NCBI GenBank assembly: GCA_976551045.1
Contig: CDPCPM010000575.1
Span: 186,001-250,000 of the forward strand
Source: Glaucostegus cemiculus
Lineage: Eukaryota
DNA length: 64,000 bases
Direction: 5' to 3'
Shown here piece by piece: positions 1 through 11,690 of this stretch. The notes beneath the pieces were generated by a model. That model saw only the letters and a list, made by a program, of their open reading frames with translations. It was not told the origin of the DNA and ran no database searches. How positions within the stretch are numbered: the first letter of the stretch is position 1; each line of letters begins with the position of its first letter. A program made the position numbers and the translations under genes.

Positions 1-194
1 TATAAATGCACCCTACATCAAAGTAAAGGTGGAGATGCGTATGTTTTTTTTCCACTTTTAAGACTGCACATGAACTACACAAACTGAAAAGGTATTAACT
101 GTTGCAGAAAAAAAATACAAATTAATCTAATTTTAAACTGGTTCCAGCTTGATCAGACCACATTCTGAGCTCACCTTAATTTCAATTACAAGTT

Positions 195-555
195 GTTTTG
201 AATCCTAGAGTTGTACAGCACAGAAACAAGCCCTTTGACCCACCGCATCCATGCTGGCCCTTTGGCCCATCTGCACCATTTGTCCACATTAGGACTATGC
301 CTGGCTTATTTAAGTCTCTGTCTAAATTCTTAAACACAGTAATTGTATCTGATTCCACCACCTCCTCTGGCAGTGCATTCCAGATATCAAACCACTCTCT
401 GTTTACAAAAATTTACCCATAAGATCCCCTTTAATTCTCTTACCTCTCACCTGAAAGCTACACCTTCTGTTTTTGATACCCCTACCATGGGAAAAAGATT
501 TTGACCATCTACCTTAATCTATGCCTCTCCTAATCTTGCATACTTCTAGCAGGAT
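195..555 (-). mobile_element. CR1/HER1-type LINE 3' fragment
   Basis: Reverse-orientation 3' end typical of shark/ray CR1 (tagagttgtacagcacagaaacaagccc... tccaccacctcctctggcagtgcattccagata...); recognised from memory of the family, degenerate. Confidence 0.7.
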
Positions 556-639
556 TTGAATACTTTTCTGTTCCTCCTGCATATGGAACATGGGTAGAAA
601 TCGAATGTGTCATTATTTTTAATCCAAGCATAACTTAAC

Positions 640-1075
640 TACTCCTCTGTTCAAATCCTGTCATTTTGTGACTAGATAAATGTGTCCTCTCTGAAAATGT
701 CATTATCACACAAACAAGAGGCTGTGTATATCCTGATAGCAACCACACCTCCTTGTGTCACCCTAGTCGCCTCTCTAAAGGCTTTCATTTCCTCATTGTT
801 ACAACTTGGGTGATGGAAAACCAGTTGAAAAGGAGTCAAAATTCCTTTGTTAAACATAGGAAAAAAGAGAAAACTGTAATCTTTGACTGCTACTAGCAAC
901 TCCTGGTCCTTGATTCCATTTCTTCCCTGGTCAAAGCTGAAACTGTTCACCTCTGCATACTACTTGATCTTGATCCCATCTATCCTGATCTTCACTACTT
1001 ACACATGTAATATCCCTCCCCCGACACAGCACAGGTTCTGCTACAACTTTCTCCCAAGCTTTTATAATTCAACTT
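640..1075 (-). mobile_element. CR1 LINE ORF2 endonuclease (APE) remnant
   Basis: Minus-strand translation contains RVTQGGVVAIRI, resembling the R-x-x-x-GGGVA-L-I motif of the CR1 APE domain; frames broken. Confidence 0.5.
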
Positions 1076-1713
1076 AGCTCTTCCAACCCCATACCCCACC
1101 CTTTCTCTCTCAGAAACCTCCAGAACAATGATCCTAGCACTCACAAAGTGCAGTGGTCACCAGTTCACAAATGCCTTTATGTTTCCAGAATTCACATCCT
1201 GATATTCAAAATCTCATTGATGGTTTTCACTCTCTGTATCTGTAGCCTTCTAAAGCCATTCTGGAGCATGGGACAGCACAGGAATGGGCCCTTCAGCCCA
1301 CGATGCTGTGGGTTCTCCAGCTCTAGCCTCTGGTTTACCCTCCCCTCATTCAGCCCAGTATTCACCAGTTTAGGTCTTTGCCTTCAATTCCTTTATGCTG
1401 CTTCCTTTTTAATCTGTTTTTGCCTTTCAATGAGATATGAATATTATATCCCCTCCCTGACTGTGTTTACAATTTGAGTGATTTTTATTTTCCCTTCTGT
1501 GAACAACCGTGTAGTCTTTAAGTGCCGAGAGTTTGTTGTAGTTTACAGATTTTGTTTCATGACAAATCAATATGAATTGTAAATGCCACCTGTAGCACCA
1601 GAGTTGAGGGACTTTCTTGAACCAGTGGCTTGAACTTAGCTGCATGAGTTGAGTGATTTTTGTTGCAGTTATTTTTAATACAAATCCCTTTTCACTGTTT
1701 GCATTGCATCCAG

Positions 1714-1802
1714 AGGCAGCAGCTCGAACAGCCAGACAGGCTTCCTCTGAAGGCTCTAAGGCAGCAGAGATAGACCATTTTGAGAAGGTTTTGCCTCAGC
1801 TG
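1714..1802 (+). CDS. CENPX: Centromere protein X (CENP-X/MHF2/STRA13), penultimate coding exon, 89 nt
   Basis: Acceptor ttgcatccag|AG and donor CTG|gtatgt; translates (E)AAARTARQASSEGSKAAEIDHFEKVLPQL, matching the human CENPX C-terminal histone-fold segment [30 protein letters not shown]. Confidence 0.95.
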
Positions 1803-3623
1803 GTATGTAAATGACGTGTACTAAAGCTTGCAGACTCTGCTAGGGGACAGCTTAAAGAAAGTGCTGTCTTTATTGAAATCAAAACTCAAGTGTAATGGAC
1901 GGAGAAAGGAACAATCTTGTCATATGATCTTGCCCCGTCCACCACTTATCTGCAACACATGTCAAAGTGCTTACATCAATGGTTACAGTTACTGAATAGT
2001 CAGATGTCCCCAGTCTGAAGGGGACAAGCACCATGTATATCTCCCATGTGAATAGAATTAGTCTTTATTCAAGTAGAAGAAGCACAGATTCTTCATTCTA
2101 TATTGAGAAAAGGGGGAAACAAACATTTTAATGAAAACAGCTTCCAGGGAAAAAAAACTTGCAATTCAATGCCCATGGCTGTTTTTAAACAAGAGACACC
2201 AGGAAAATTGCTCGTCAGATAAAATGCATGTTAATTTTTTACATTCAGTTTGGCAAAATGCTCAAGAAATAAATCACTGAATATTTCTTTGGCAAATGGC
2301 CTATCACTGTAAATCACAGTTTATTCCTTAACACAATCTAACATTTTACATTGGCGAGTTGCTAATGGGAAGAAAATTGTCGGAGTTGAAACTTGGACAA
2401 AATCATTCCTGTGTGACCAAATTCTAGTGTTTAATTTCCTGTATTTTCCATCAATTGTCCATTGCCACTAAGCTGCAGACTGAAGACTAATGATCCACAA
2501 TTTAGGATAAAAATAGTCAACATAAGCAAGTAATAGCCTTGTAAAGGATTTCAGTGACCAATGGATGAAATGATAAACAAACATCACTAACGCTCCCTTT
2601 ATCAGGAGACTTGCAAAGATGCCCCGTATGAAAGTGAAGGCACATGGCATTATGAGGAATAAGCTGCAGGCTGAGCTAATCGTGGTACAGTACGAGAGCA
2701 GACATTTAGGAATGGGACAAGGTTCAGTGCACAGAAAGGTGGGCTCCGTTCTCAGGGTGGAATGTGGTTGCAGGTATAATGGTGAAGAAGGATGTGTAAT
2801 AAGCAGGATTAAAATTGAAAGACAGGTTTTGGAGCATAGATATAATTCTGTAAAATTGGATTGATAATTTAAATTTTAAAATCCATGTGCTTCTGGTTTT
2901 CATATTTTCAGCACATTTTATAGATTTGTAGAGCATGTTAATTTTTCTTCACTGTCTGGTATAATTTATGATCTCTTGTCTGAGCCTATGTGCCTGAGAT
3001 GTTGCTGCAAGCAAGTTTTTCATTGAAGTTATGCATATGACAATAACCTCAACTTGACTGAGTTCCATTTGGGGCAGTTTGATTCTGAGAATCCCATTAC
3101 AAGAAGTAAATCGGAACAATGGAAAGGGTACTGCAAAATAATCCTGAGTAACAATTACAGTTTGAAGAAGTATTCTGCTCACTTAAAGCCCAGAAGGAAT
3201 TGAAAAGTTTTCAAATTATTTGTGTTTAAAAGTCTAATTGTCTTCACTGGATGGTCAGTAAGTAATTCGAAAGCACACAGATTTACTGAGGAGAATAGAA
3301 GTTGAGATATTCTTTCACAAGATTATTATAGCATACGATGCTTTATCAGAAACGAGTGTTATGATGAAGACTGCTATCAGTTTTTAAAAAAAAATCCTTA
3401 GATTATAACAAAGGAATATGAAATCACAGAATTAGAATACTTTGTCCAGTTGAATACATGAGTGACTATGTGCCATGATATCTGTGAATCCTGTGCTTGT
3501 GTTGATCTTGTATTGAAAACCACAATAGTTTATTAACTCACTTGGATAGACCAATGTTTCCACCACTCATTTAGATTCTGCCCCTGGCTGAGATACACCT
3601 GTGAGGAACTGAGTTGAACACGT

Positions 3624-3637
3624 CCAGCAGATGGCAG
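3624..3637 (+). promoter_or_regulatory. CTCF core motif candidate
   Basis: CCAGCAGATGGCAG matches CCASYAGRKGGCRS at every position; motif only, binding not shown. Confidence 0.4.
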
Positions 3638-4205
3638 ACTTGATCCTTAAGCCATGCTGAGTATTTTCAGTTAGGATGCTGCAAAAAGCTAGGAATCCCT
3701 GGAACATGGAGGGGAGAATCAGCCAGAGCTCTCAGCCTGATTATTATTTGGCATCTGCAGCTGTGTGTTTGGTGAGAACCAGTATTAGATTTGAGCTTCT
3801 TCCATTTCTTTTCATGCACAAAACTTCACCCTGACCAAGCATTATCAAAGCCAATGGTGATGAGTCCAAGGGAATAATTGGAACATATTGCACAAGTTAA
3901 GGCAACTGCTCCAGAAAGTACATTTAAAACTTAAAACACATGGATACACTGGGACTGTGAGTTACAATGAGATTTGGATACCAAGACTATTCGCACTAGG
4001 GTGGAAAAGTTAAAAGTTTAAAAAGTTTGAGGGGTGAACCGACCTCCTGAAGGGCAGGAATTAGCAGTGTTTGACTTCCCTGCGTTAGTCGTGTATGGGG
4101 AAGTGCAATGTGTTCTTGTCGATTTATATCCTTGTTAAAATTAAATGGTCCACATCATGAGTAAAACTTCCACTGTGGTTAACTTAAAATGTTTTCTTCT
4201 TTCAG

Positions 4206-4220
4206 CTTCTGGATTTCTAG
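4206..4220 (+). CDS. CENPX: CENP-X terminal coding exon (LLDF*)
   Basis: Acceptor gttttcttctttcag| then CTT CTG GAT TTC TAG; in phase with the upstream exon and identical to the conserved LLDF C-terminus. Confidence 0.93.
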   Translation, partial: LLDF

Positions 4221-4566
4221 GATCAGATATTTCCGCCAGGTGGTGCTGATTCTACAGCACCGAGAAATGTACAGCACAGAAACAGGCCCACCTCAAACCT
4301 TTCCATCAAAACAATATTATCATACTGTTGAAAGTACTGTCACCTCTTGTAGAGCTGATGGGACCAGGCTTCTTCACAATTTAAGTGTGATATATATTGT
4401 GGATTTTATGTCAGTGTTTCATTACTCATAACTATTATTATTTAATTCTATTTCTCCCTTCATGTGTTTTGAAGGAGCTATATTGTACCACACGAGACCG
4501 GAATGGCAACTCTTGTCTTTAAACTATAGAGTTTCAGACTTTGGTTCCCAGGTGGATCAGTTTTTA

Positions 4567-4572
4567 AATAAA
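4567..4572 (+). terminator. Candidate CENPX polyadenylation signal
   Basis: First AATAAA I found after the stop codon, about 350 nt downstream. Confidence 0.5.
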
Positions 4573-5039
4573 AGTTCTGTCTTAAGGCAATGGGTTAGAA
4601 AAAGCTTTGAAGACCAGCCAAGATTCAACAAATGCTAATTCATAATGTTGTGTTATGCATTCAATGACTTGAAAAACCTTGAAGATTGAAGGTTCACAGT
4701 ACATGAAACCATTAAAGCTGGAAGAGAAGACAAAGTAAATGTTTTGGATATCAATATTGTTGACTGTGTGCCTTTTGCAACCAGAACATTATGTACACTT
4801 ATTAAAAGCAGAAGCTAATTGTTGTAATTTGTCTGCATATTGCACTTGGCTCCTTATTGGGTTGTAGGAACTGACTGATTCTGCCCTCTTTAATACACAA
4901 GGTTTCGAACGGCTTGTTAAGTAAATCACCAGTCTTTGTAAATTTCCTAATTAAGTGAAAAATAGGAAGAACTTTGTGCAGTGGGGCATACTTTCTATAT
5001 AAATCTTTGCATTGTTAGATGAACAAATGGAGAGCTTTT

Positions 5040-6300
5040 ATGTTTATGAAAAGAATTGCAAGAGCTTTTATGTATGTAAAAAGCACACTGAAAGTAAACT
5101 GGCCCCTTTATAAAAAGAAATGGACAAAATATAATTAAAGGGATGGTAGACATATTAAGTGGGGGTTTTAATTGCAGAGGGTCTGAATAACGTAGAAATT
5201 CAGGAAACTATAGATCTAATGAATGTGGAACTTTAATATTGCTGGTAAAATTGGTGGTATTTACTGTTTAAAAACCCCTCGATGTAGTAGCTTACTTCAT
5301 GTGACACTACAGATATGGAGGATTTATTATGATTTTGATCTTCAGGAACAACTTTTGGGTTTGAGAACAACTAATTTTTTAAGATAGAAAAGGTAACCTC
5401 TATTGTAGGTTAGTTGCTGTAACATTAGAGGTCTAAAGGAGACACTACAGATGCTGAAATCTGGAGCAACAAACAATCTTTTGGAGGAACTCAGTGGGTC
5501 AAGCAGCATCTGTAGGGAGGAAAAATGTCAATAATTCCTCCCACAGATGCTGCCTCACCTGCTGAGTTCCTCCAGCAGATTGTTTGTTGCATTAGAAGAG
5601 GCAAATTACTTTATCCATTAGTATAGTATAGGGTTTTTTTATCAAAGGGAAATCCTTTTTAGCAACATGTTGAGGGCACAGTGTTTGCAAGTTCTTTGCT
5701 GTGAAATTCAGGATGCAGTAAGAAATTGAAAAGGGATAGGGCAGGTTGAGTGGGACAGGGTGACAGCAGATGGAGTTCGAGGTGAGAAGAACGGAAAATT
5801 AGATTTCTATTTTAAGATGCTGTGGGACTGGTGTTTGGGGTTTATGGTACACATCACAGTTAAAGTGCAGAAGCAGGAACATCTGGTATCAAACAATCTG
5901 CTGGAGGATCTCAGTGTCTCAATCTAGTACGCTGGCCTTTGTTTTCCAAAAGGCTGCTGTGTAAGATAAAGTCTTCTTGTAATTTTATAGGTCTTTGGTA
6001 TAATTGTGTGCAGTTTTGAACTTTAGGAAAAGTGCTTGGTGTAGAGGGATACAACGGGGTTCATTAGATTTGATACCAAAAGGAGTGAATTAAGCCTGGA
6101 GTAACATGTTCCAATCATTTCCCAGTGAACAAAATTACACAAGATCTCAATGAAACTCAGCAAATTCTAGAGGGCTCAATTATCTGTACTGAAACTATAT
6201 CTTTCCTAGCTGCAGAGTTGAGAACTAAGGCTGATTAGTCTCAGGTGGAGAACTCAGCCATCTAGGATTGAGATGAGGATAAACTTTTTACTTTAAGTAC
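5040..6300 (+). mobile_element. Highly decayed CR1 LINE ORF2 fragments
   Basis: Scattered CR1-like segments (e.g. aggcaggttgagtggg...gcagatggagtt; tggcctttgttttccaaaagg; tgtgtgcagttttg), interrupted by Penelope termini. Confidence 0.5.
5438..5590. mobile_element. Penelope-like element terminus as inverted pair (fold-back)
   Basis: gcaacaaacaatcttttggaggaactcagtgggtcaagcagcatctgtagggagg followed by its imperfect reverse complement cctcccacagatgctgcctcacctgctgagttcctccagcagattgtttgttgc. Confidence 0.75.
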
Positions 6301-7509
6301 ATGGGTTTATGTTGACTTGTACTCTTATAGATACAGACTCCTGTTTCACATTAAGTTGATGTTTAAGTTGCTGTAAGGTACACAAGGTAGTTATCAGCAC
6401 TGTGGCCATGCATCTAAACTCCCCTGGACACTGTTACTGCTCTGTTTTTGTGACTCTAATGTTTTCATGCACACGTTCCATGGATATCCTGATCCCCTTC
6501 AGTTATCAATCCACAGTTCTAATGCAGAATTCTCCTGACAGCTCGTGATTATTTTGCTCTGTAAACTCCCAGTTCTGTTCAAAGATTTCTGCTTTTCCAG
6601 TGATTCCCACCCCTTTCTCCCTGTAGATCTCAGATCTTATGAACAATTCTCCCTTTGCCCTTGTTTCTAGCAATTTAATGACCACAGTTCTACCTTGGTC
6701 TGTCTGAGTTGTTAACTTTGAAAATAAGCATGTAACCTATTATTAGAAAGAGGTAGAATAGGTCTGTATAGAAAAACCAAGAGTATTCACACATTGTCCC
6801 AAATCTGCAACTTCTCCTAAACTAATTTAAAAAGAATTCCTCTTCATAGTAATAGAAACTTTGGTCCATGTGTGGAGTTTGTTGCAGCTACACAGTTCCT
6901 GAACCCTTAGCCAAGCTTCCCATCAAGGTGCACAGTTGCAGTTTTACGACTACTTACAAAAAAAAGATTGAGGGATTTAATACAACTCAGAGCACTCTAC
7001 TTTTGGAATGCTCATTCCTAGAGGTTTCTGGCTGCTCAGTATATTCTGGACAGGATTAATGTTTTGTTTTGCAATACAAGGTTTCTAGGGATGAGATGGG
7101 AAAATAGGTTGATGTAGAAATTCAACTTGGATCTCAATGAATAGCAAACATAGGAGGCTGCATGGTCCTACTGTTATGCTGCATTCCAATGACTCCTGAA
7201 CTTTACAACTTAAGCTAAATCCTTTAAGGGTGTGAAAAATGTTTTGTGTGCACCAAATGTTCCCTGAAGAAATGTACCAATACATCAGTGACAATTACAT
7301 TATTGTTTAACTACAGAGCACCCACTGAAAATTATTTCAGTGCATTTCCATATGCTGTCAAGTCACATTACCCTGGTATCCATTAGCAGAGGCAAACACT
7401 TCAATATTTGAAAGTGGATCCTGTAGATCTTAGGCTTGTGATGCTTATTTAAAACAGTATTTTCAAAACCCCAGTGGATGAGCAACTATTGCACTAGGCT
7501 AATTATTCT

Positions 7510-7760
7510 CCATGGACTCTACACTTCTAACCGCCTCAGAAAGCAGCCAATGGGATCAAAGATCCCACCCACCTGGACATTCTCACCTTGCAACCGGAAG
7601 ACCGATTTTGTGTTCAGTTAAGTCACTATTTGTTTGGAGGAAGGACCAAGTGCCAAGAAATCCCCATGTCCTATGGGGATACAGTACCATATATGCTGTT
7701 TACTCTGAGCTTCATGCGAACAAGGAGTTTCATTGTACCTTGGTGTATATGACAAATTTG
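7510..7760 (+). mobile_element. Rex1/Babar-type LINE 3' remnant
   Basis: atcaaagatcccacccacctggacattctc (IKDPTHPGHS-like) and tail gagtttcattgtaccttggtgtatatgacaaa. Confidence 0.55.
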
Positions 7761-7864
7761 TTCCTCACACCAACTGAGTTTCAAAACAGGTTTTGGGAAA
7801 CAGACATTATTGACACAGGAGACACCACAATAATTTAGGAGCAACTAATTTTTTGGGGGATAAA

Positions 7865-8245
7865 TAGAAAATGCTGGAAGCACTCAGCTGGTCAGGCAGC
7901 ATCCTTGGAGAGAGAAACAGAGAGATTCTGTCAGGTCAAAGGCCCTTTGTCAGAAGAAGAAAAGTGAGAAGACAAGATTAAGTTGCAAAGAGGGGAGGTT
8001 TAGCAAACAGAGGAAAGGTCTGTTAGGGTGAACCTCAAAGGATGTTGAGATCAAGTTAGGGACAGAAGAGAAAAACAAATTGAAGACACGAGGATGCAAA
8101 TGCTGGAAATGTGGAGAAACAAACAAAGGTACAGGAGGAACTCAGCAGGTCAGGCAGCATCTATGGAGAGAAATGGACAGTTGATGTTACCAAAATGTTG
8201 ACTGTCCATTTCCCTCCAACTTGCTGAGTTCCTCTACACCTTTGC
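7865..8245. mobile_element. Two Penelope-like termini, the second a fold-back (8083-8245)
   Basis: aatgctggaagcactcagctggtcaggcagcatc terminus, then gaggaactcagcagg...gaaatggacagt and its inverse actgtccatttc...tgctgagttcctc. Confidence 0.7.
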
Positions 8246-8464
8246 TATTCATTAAAAAAATTGAAACTGAAATATTCAGCAATATCTGTGGACAGCTGGT
8301 TACTAGTAAGCTGCAACCTACCAGGACGGAACTTTTTTTGGAATACTTTTCTCACCACTTCCCTGTTAAAAGCTTTGATTGTTCGTGGGGTAACATTTAC
8401 AGGTGGTAAAGGACTGTCACACCTCACCCAACTGACCATTTACATGTGAGCTTACACTGAGTAG

Positions 8465-8830
8465 CAGCATGTTTTGGAGAACCTTAGCACAAAAAACAAA
8501 CCCTTTTGCCCACCTCATCCTCGCTGACCATGATTCCTATTTACACGAATCCCCTTTGTCTGTATTAGGCCTGTATACCTCTTTGCCTTTCTTGTCTAAG
8601 CACCTTTCCACCTTTTAAATGGTCCACCTCCTCTAGCAGCTCATTCCATATACCCACCACCCTCTGTGTGAAAAACATAATCTTCAAATTTCTCAACTTC
8701 AACCTGTGCCCTCTAGTTCTAGACTAGAATCCTTTATAAATCCCCCCTCAGCTTCCTACATTCCAATGAGAACAAACCAGCCTTATCCAATTTCTCCTTA
8801 GAACTACAGCCCCCAATTATGCCCTGCCTG
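8465..8830 (-). mobile_element. CR1/HER1 LINE 3' fragment
   Basis: Similar to 195-555 (tccacctcctctagcagctcattccatatacccaccaccctctgtgtgaaaaac). Confidence 0.65.
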
Positions 8831-9584
8831 ATACCTGCAATCAGACATTCACAGTATTAAGAAAGTGACACAGGTTAAGAGTCTTCAGTGTATTCAGTAA
8901 GAGATCCTTTTCACATTATTACAAAGTGCACCCTTTCCTGACAAAGGCACAACCTGCTTATCTGCAGTAACCAAGTCTTCAAGAATCAAGACCATTTGTG
9001 TTGGTTTGGATCTTGTTGGAATTTAGTCAGCAACCTGCTGGGAATTAGCAGTGCTGGAAAAAATATCGACTTCGGTAAAGTAGCCACAGAAAAAACACTT
9101 TGGACGCAATGTACTTGTTGTTTTACATGAGTATATAACAGAAGTCTTTTCCCATCCTATTCTGCTACAGCATACCATACAAGGCAGCCCAAATACCGAT
9201 GTTGTTTAGAATCTTTTTGCTACCCTTGTTATCAGTTTACATGCTTTAAATTCGCATCAGTTAGAAAACAAATTATAACCATAATATTTTACAGCTATTC
9301 ATAAGCACAAAGATTAGATTAGGCCTATCATTGCAATGGGAATATTGGCATTCTATACTGAGTCACTAACTTCATGTAATCTAAGCATGTCACAAAACAA
9401 ACCTTTCTAGAGTTGTGCATTACAGAAAACTTTTCAATCTTTCAAGGAAAATACCAAGTGCAGAATTATACATTTCTACTAAATTCCTGCAACTGGTTAG
9501 ATCACTTGGTTTACTTAAAAATTAGGCTAGAAAAATTACTTGGAAGCCTCCAGCAGTGTGATTTAAAGTGTCTAAAATAAAATT

Positions 9585-10400
9585 GATTTGAATTGAATTG
9601 GTTTATTATTGTCACATGTACTGAGGTACAGTGAAAAGCTTGTCTTGCATACCATTCATACTGATCAATTTATTACACAGTGCATTGAGGTAGTACAAGG
9701 TAAAACAATACAGAATGCAGAATAAAGTGTCACAGCTACAGAGAGAGTGCAGTGCAGGTAGACAATAAGATGCAAGGTCATAATAAGGTAGATTGTGAGG
9801 TCAAGAGTCCATCTTATCATACAAGGGAGCTGTTCAATAGTCTTATAACAGTGGGATAGAAGCTGTCAGAATCAGTTTTATTGTCACTACCATATACACA
9901 TTCAGCATGCATAGGAGCAAAATACCGTACTCCATAGATCAAGGTGCTCATCACATTAAAAAATAATGAGAGACAGAAAGGCATTAACAACATTGGAACC
10001 ACAAAATTAAATAGTGACTCGAATAAACAATCTTAACGTGAGCGTACTGAGGCAGCAGACAATGGACATTTAAAATGCTGGTGCATTTTTGTACGCCTAG
10101 CATCCTTTGGTGTTGGCGGGAGGGATGGAGGGATGAGGGAGTTCATGGTTCTGATAGCTTGTGGGAAGAAGCTATTGCACAGTCTGGTAGTCCTTGCCTG
10201 GATGCACTGGAGCCTTCTTCCAGATGGCAAGAGTGTAAAGAGGTGGTAGGAGGGGTGAGAAGGGTCTGACATTATGTATGTCCTTGAGCCTAGTGGTACG
10301 TGCTTTCAGGCTTTTGTATCTTCTGCCCAATGGGAGAGGGGGAGGAGAATGTCCGGGGTGGATGGGGTCTTTGATTATGCTGGCTGCTTTATTGAGGCAG
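9585..10400 (-). mobile_element. Rex1/Babar LINE 3' end (host element, split by a nested insertion)
   Basis: Tail (ttgaa)n then ggtttattattgtcacatgtactgaggtacagtgaaa; host reads ...gaagctgtc|cttgagcctagtggtacgtgctttcaggc across the insert. Confidence 0.75.
9868..10282 (-). mobile_element. Second Rex1/Babar family, nested, 5'-truncated
   Basis: ORF 10033-10272 MSDPSHPSYHLFTLLPSGRRLQCIQARTTRLCNSFFPQAIR is the Rex1/Babar C-terminal motif; a sister copy lies at 23437-23793. Confidence 0.85.
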
Positions 10401-10444
10401 CAAGAAGTGTAGACAGACTTATTTTAGAGTTAAAATAATCCACC

Positions 10445-10760
10445 AGGGCAATTCCGAGGAGTTGCTGCACCGTTAATAGTTCCAACTGGCAGATGAACTG
10501 TTAATAAGATGGATTATTGGAAGAAAAGCAGAATTTTATCCCCAGTGATCTGACCAGCATATCTCAATCAACAAACCAAGTATCAGAGTTCTTGGTTGCT
10601 GCCATATTGCTGTTTGTGAGAGCATTCTTGCACAAAACTGATGCCACATTTGCCAATATCACAACAGTGGCAGCACTTACAGTCCTTCGCTGGGTGTAAG
10701 ACTTCTTGTGATCCTGAAATGGATGTGAAAATTGCTGAGTAAAGTGTTTCTATTATAATG
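10445..10760 (+). mobile_element. Deu-domain SINE (SacSINE1/AmnSINE-like), old
   Basis: attgctgtttgtgagagcattcttgcacaaaactgatgccacatttgccaatatcacaacagtggcagcactt resembles the Deu domain and 3' region. Confidence 0.6.
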
Positions 10761-11239
10761 TTGCTTTCAGTAAGCGGCAGTTTATTGCAGGAAAAAAATA
10801 TCTACCTGCAATAAATTTCCTGATTAAAGATTAGATAATGGAAGGACAATGCAGAGAAAGATTTTTTTTTAAATTGAAGAGGAAGCAGCAAGGAAGAAAC
10901 AATAACTCTGTGAAAGATGGAGATGTGTGTGTATGTCAACTGGGAAGGAGTGCTGAGAACATGTGTGGTCCAGAGTTATACAAGATATGCAACTTATACA
11001 GCTGATCTGGGAGCTCCTAGTGATTTATCAGTTGGAAAACAGTTTAGTTTACATAGTCTCTCATGTTAATATCCTGTTTAAAATAAAATTAATCCTGAGT
11101 TGCAGTAACGTCTCCCTAAGATAGTAAGTTTCTTCATTAATTAAAATAGTTTGCCCTACAGTGACAAATCCATGTCATTGCAGTTTGTTTTAACAACATT
11201 GTCAGTCTGAACTATTACCCTATAAGTAATCATTGTTGC

Positions 11240-11690
11240 AGTAATAGTTCAAAAAAAAGGTTTGTGTTACGCCTAAAGTTTCTCAGGGTGACCCAAAGCA
11301 CTTTCAAGGATAGACAGATGATATAAACAAACAATTTATCCAAAACCATCCAAAAATCAGCAGTTAATCTGTTTTATTGTGAGATTAATATTGACCAAAA
11401 TAATTAAACTTTCTACTTGTGCCTTGGCACCTTTAACTTTTACCCTAAACCATCAAGTTTTACTTTACAATTTATTTCAAAAATTACAGAACCCCTCAAG
11501 GCACTACTTTTAGTTTCTAGTGTCAGACTAGTTTATGACGAGTAATCTGGTGCCATACTAGATAATGACTAGTTATCTGGTGTCAGACTAAATAATGACT
11601 AGTAATCTAGTGTAAGACTAGATTTCTGGGCTTCACTTGTGGAGTGGGTTTGAGTCATAAACCTTTGGTCCCATACAGTTTTACCAAGAG
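11240..11690 (-). mobile_element. Deu-domain SINE remnant containing a tandem expansion
   Basis: cccaaagcacttt tail and reversed head gtgtcagactag...tggagtgggtttgagtcataaacc. Confidence 0.5.
11512..11625. repeat. 30-bp minisatellite, about 4 diverged units
   Basis: tgtcagacta / tgccatacta / tgtcagacta / tgtaagacta start at 11521, 11551, 11581 and 11611. Confidence 0.9.

Noticed and set aside
672-950. 92-aa minus-strand ORF as a host gene
   Set aside because: Better explained as a decayed CR1 endonuclease segment
11512-11625. 30-bp periodic array as a CRISPR
   Set aside because: Units are contiguous with no unique spacers, there are no cas genes, and the context is a vertebrate SINE
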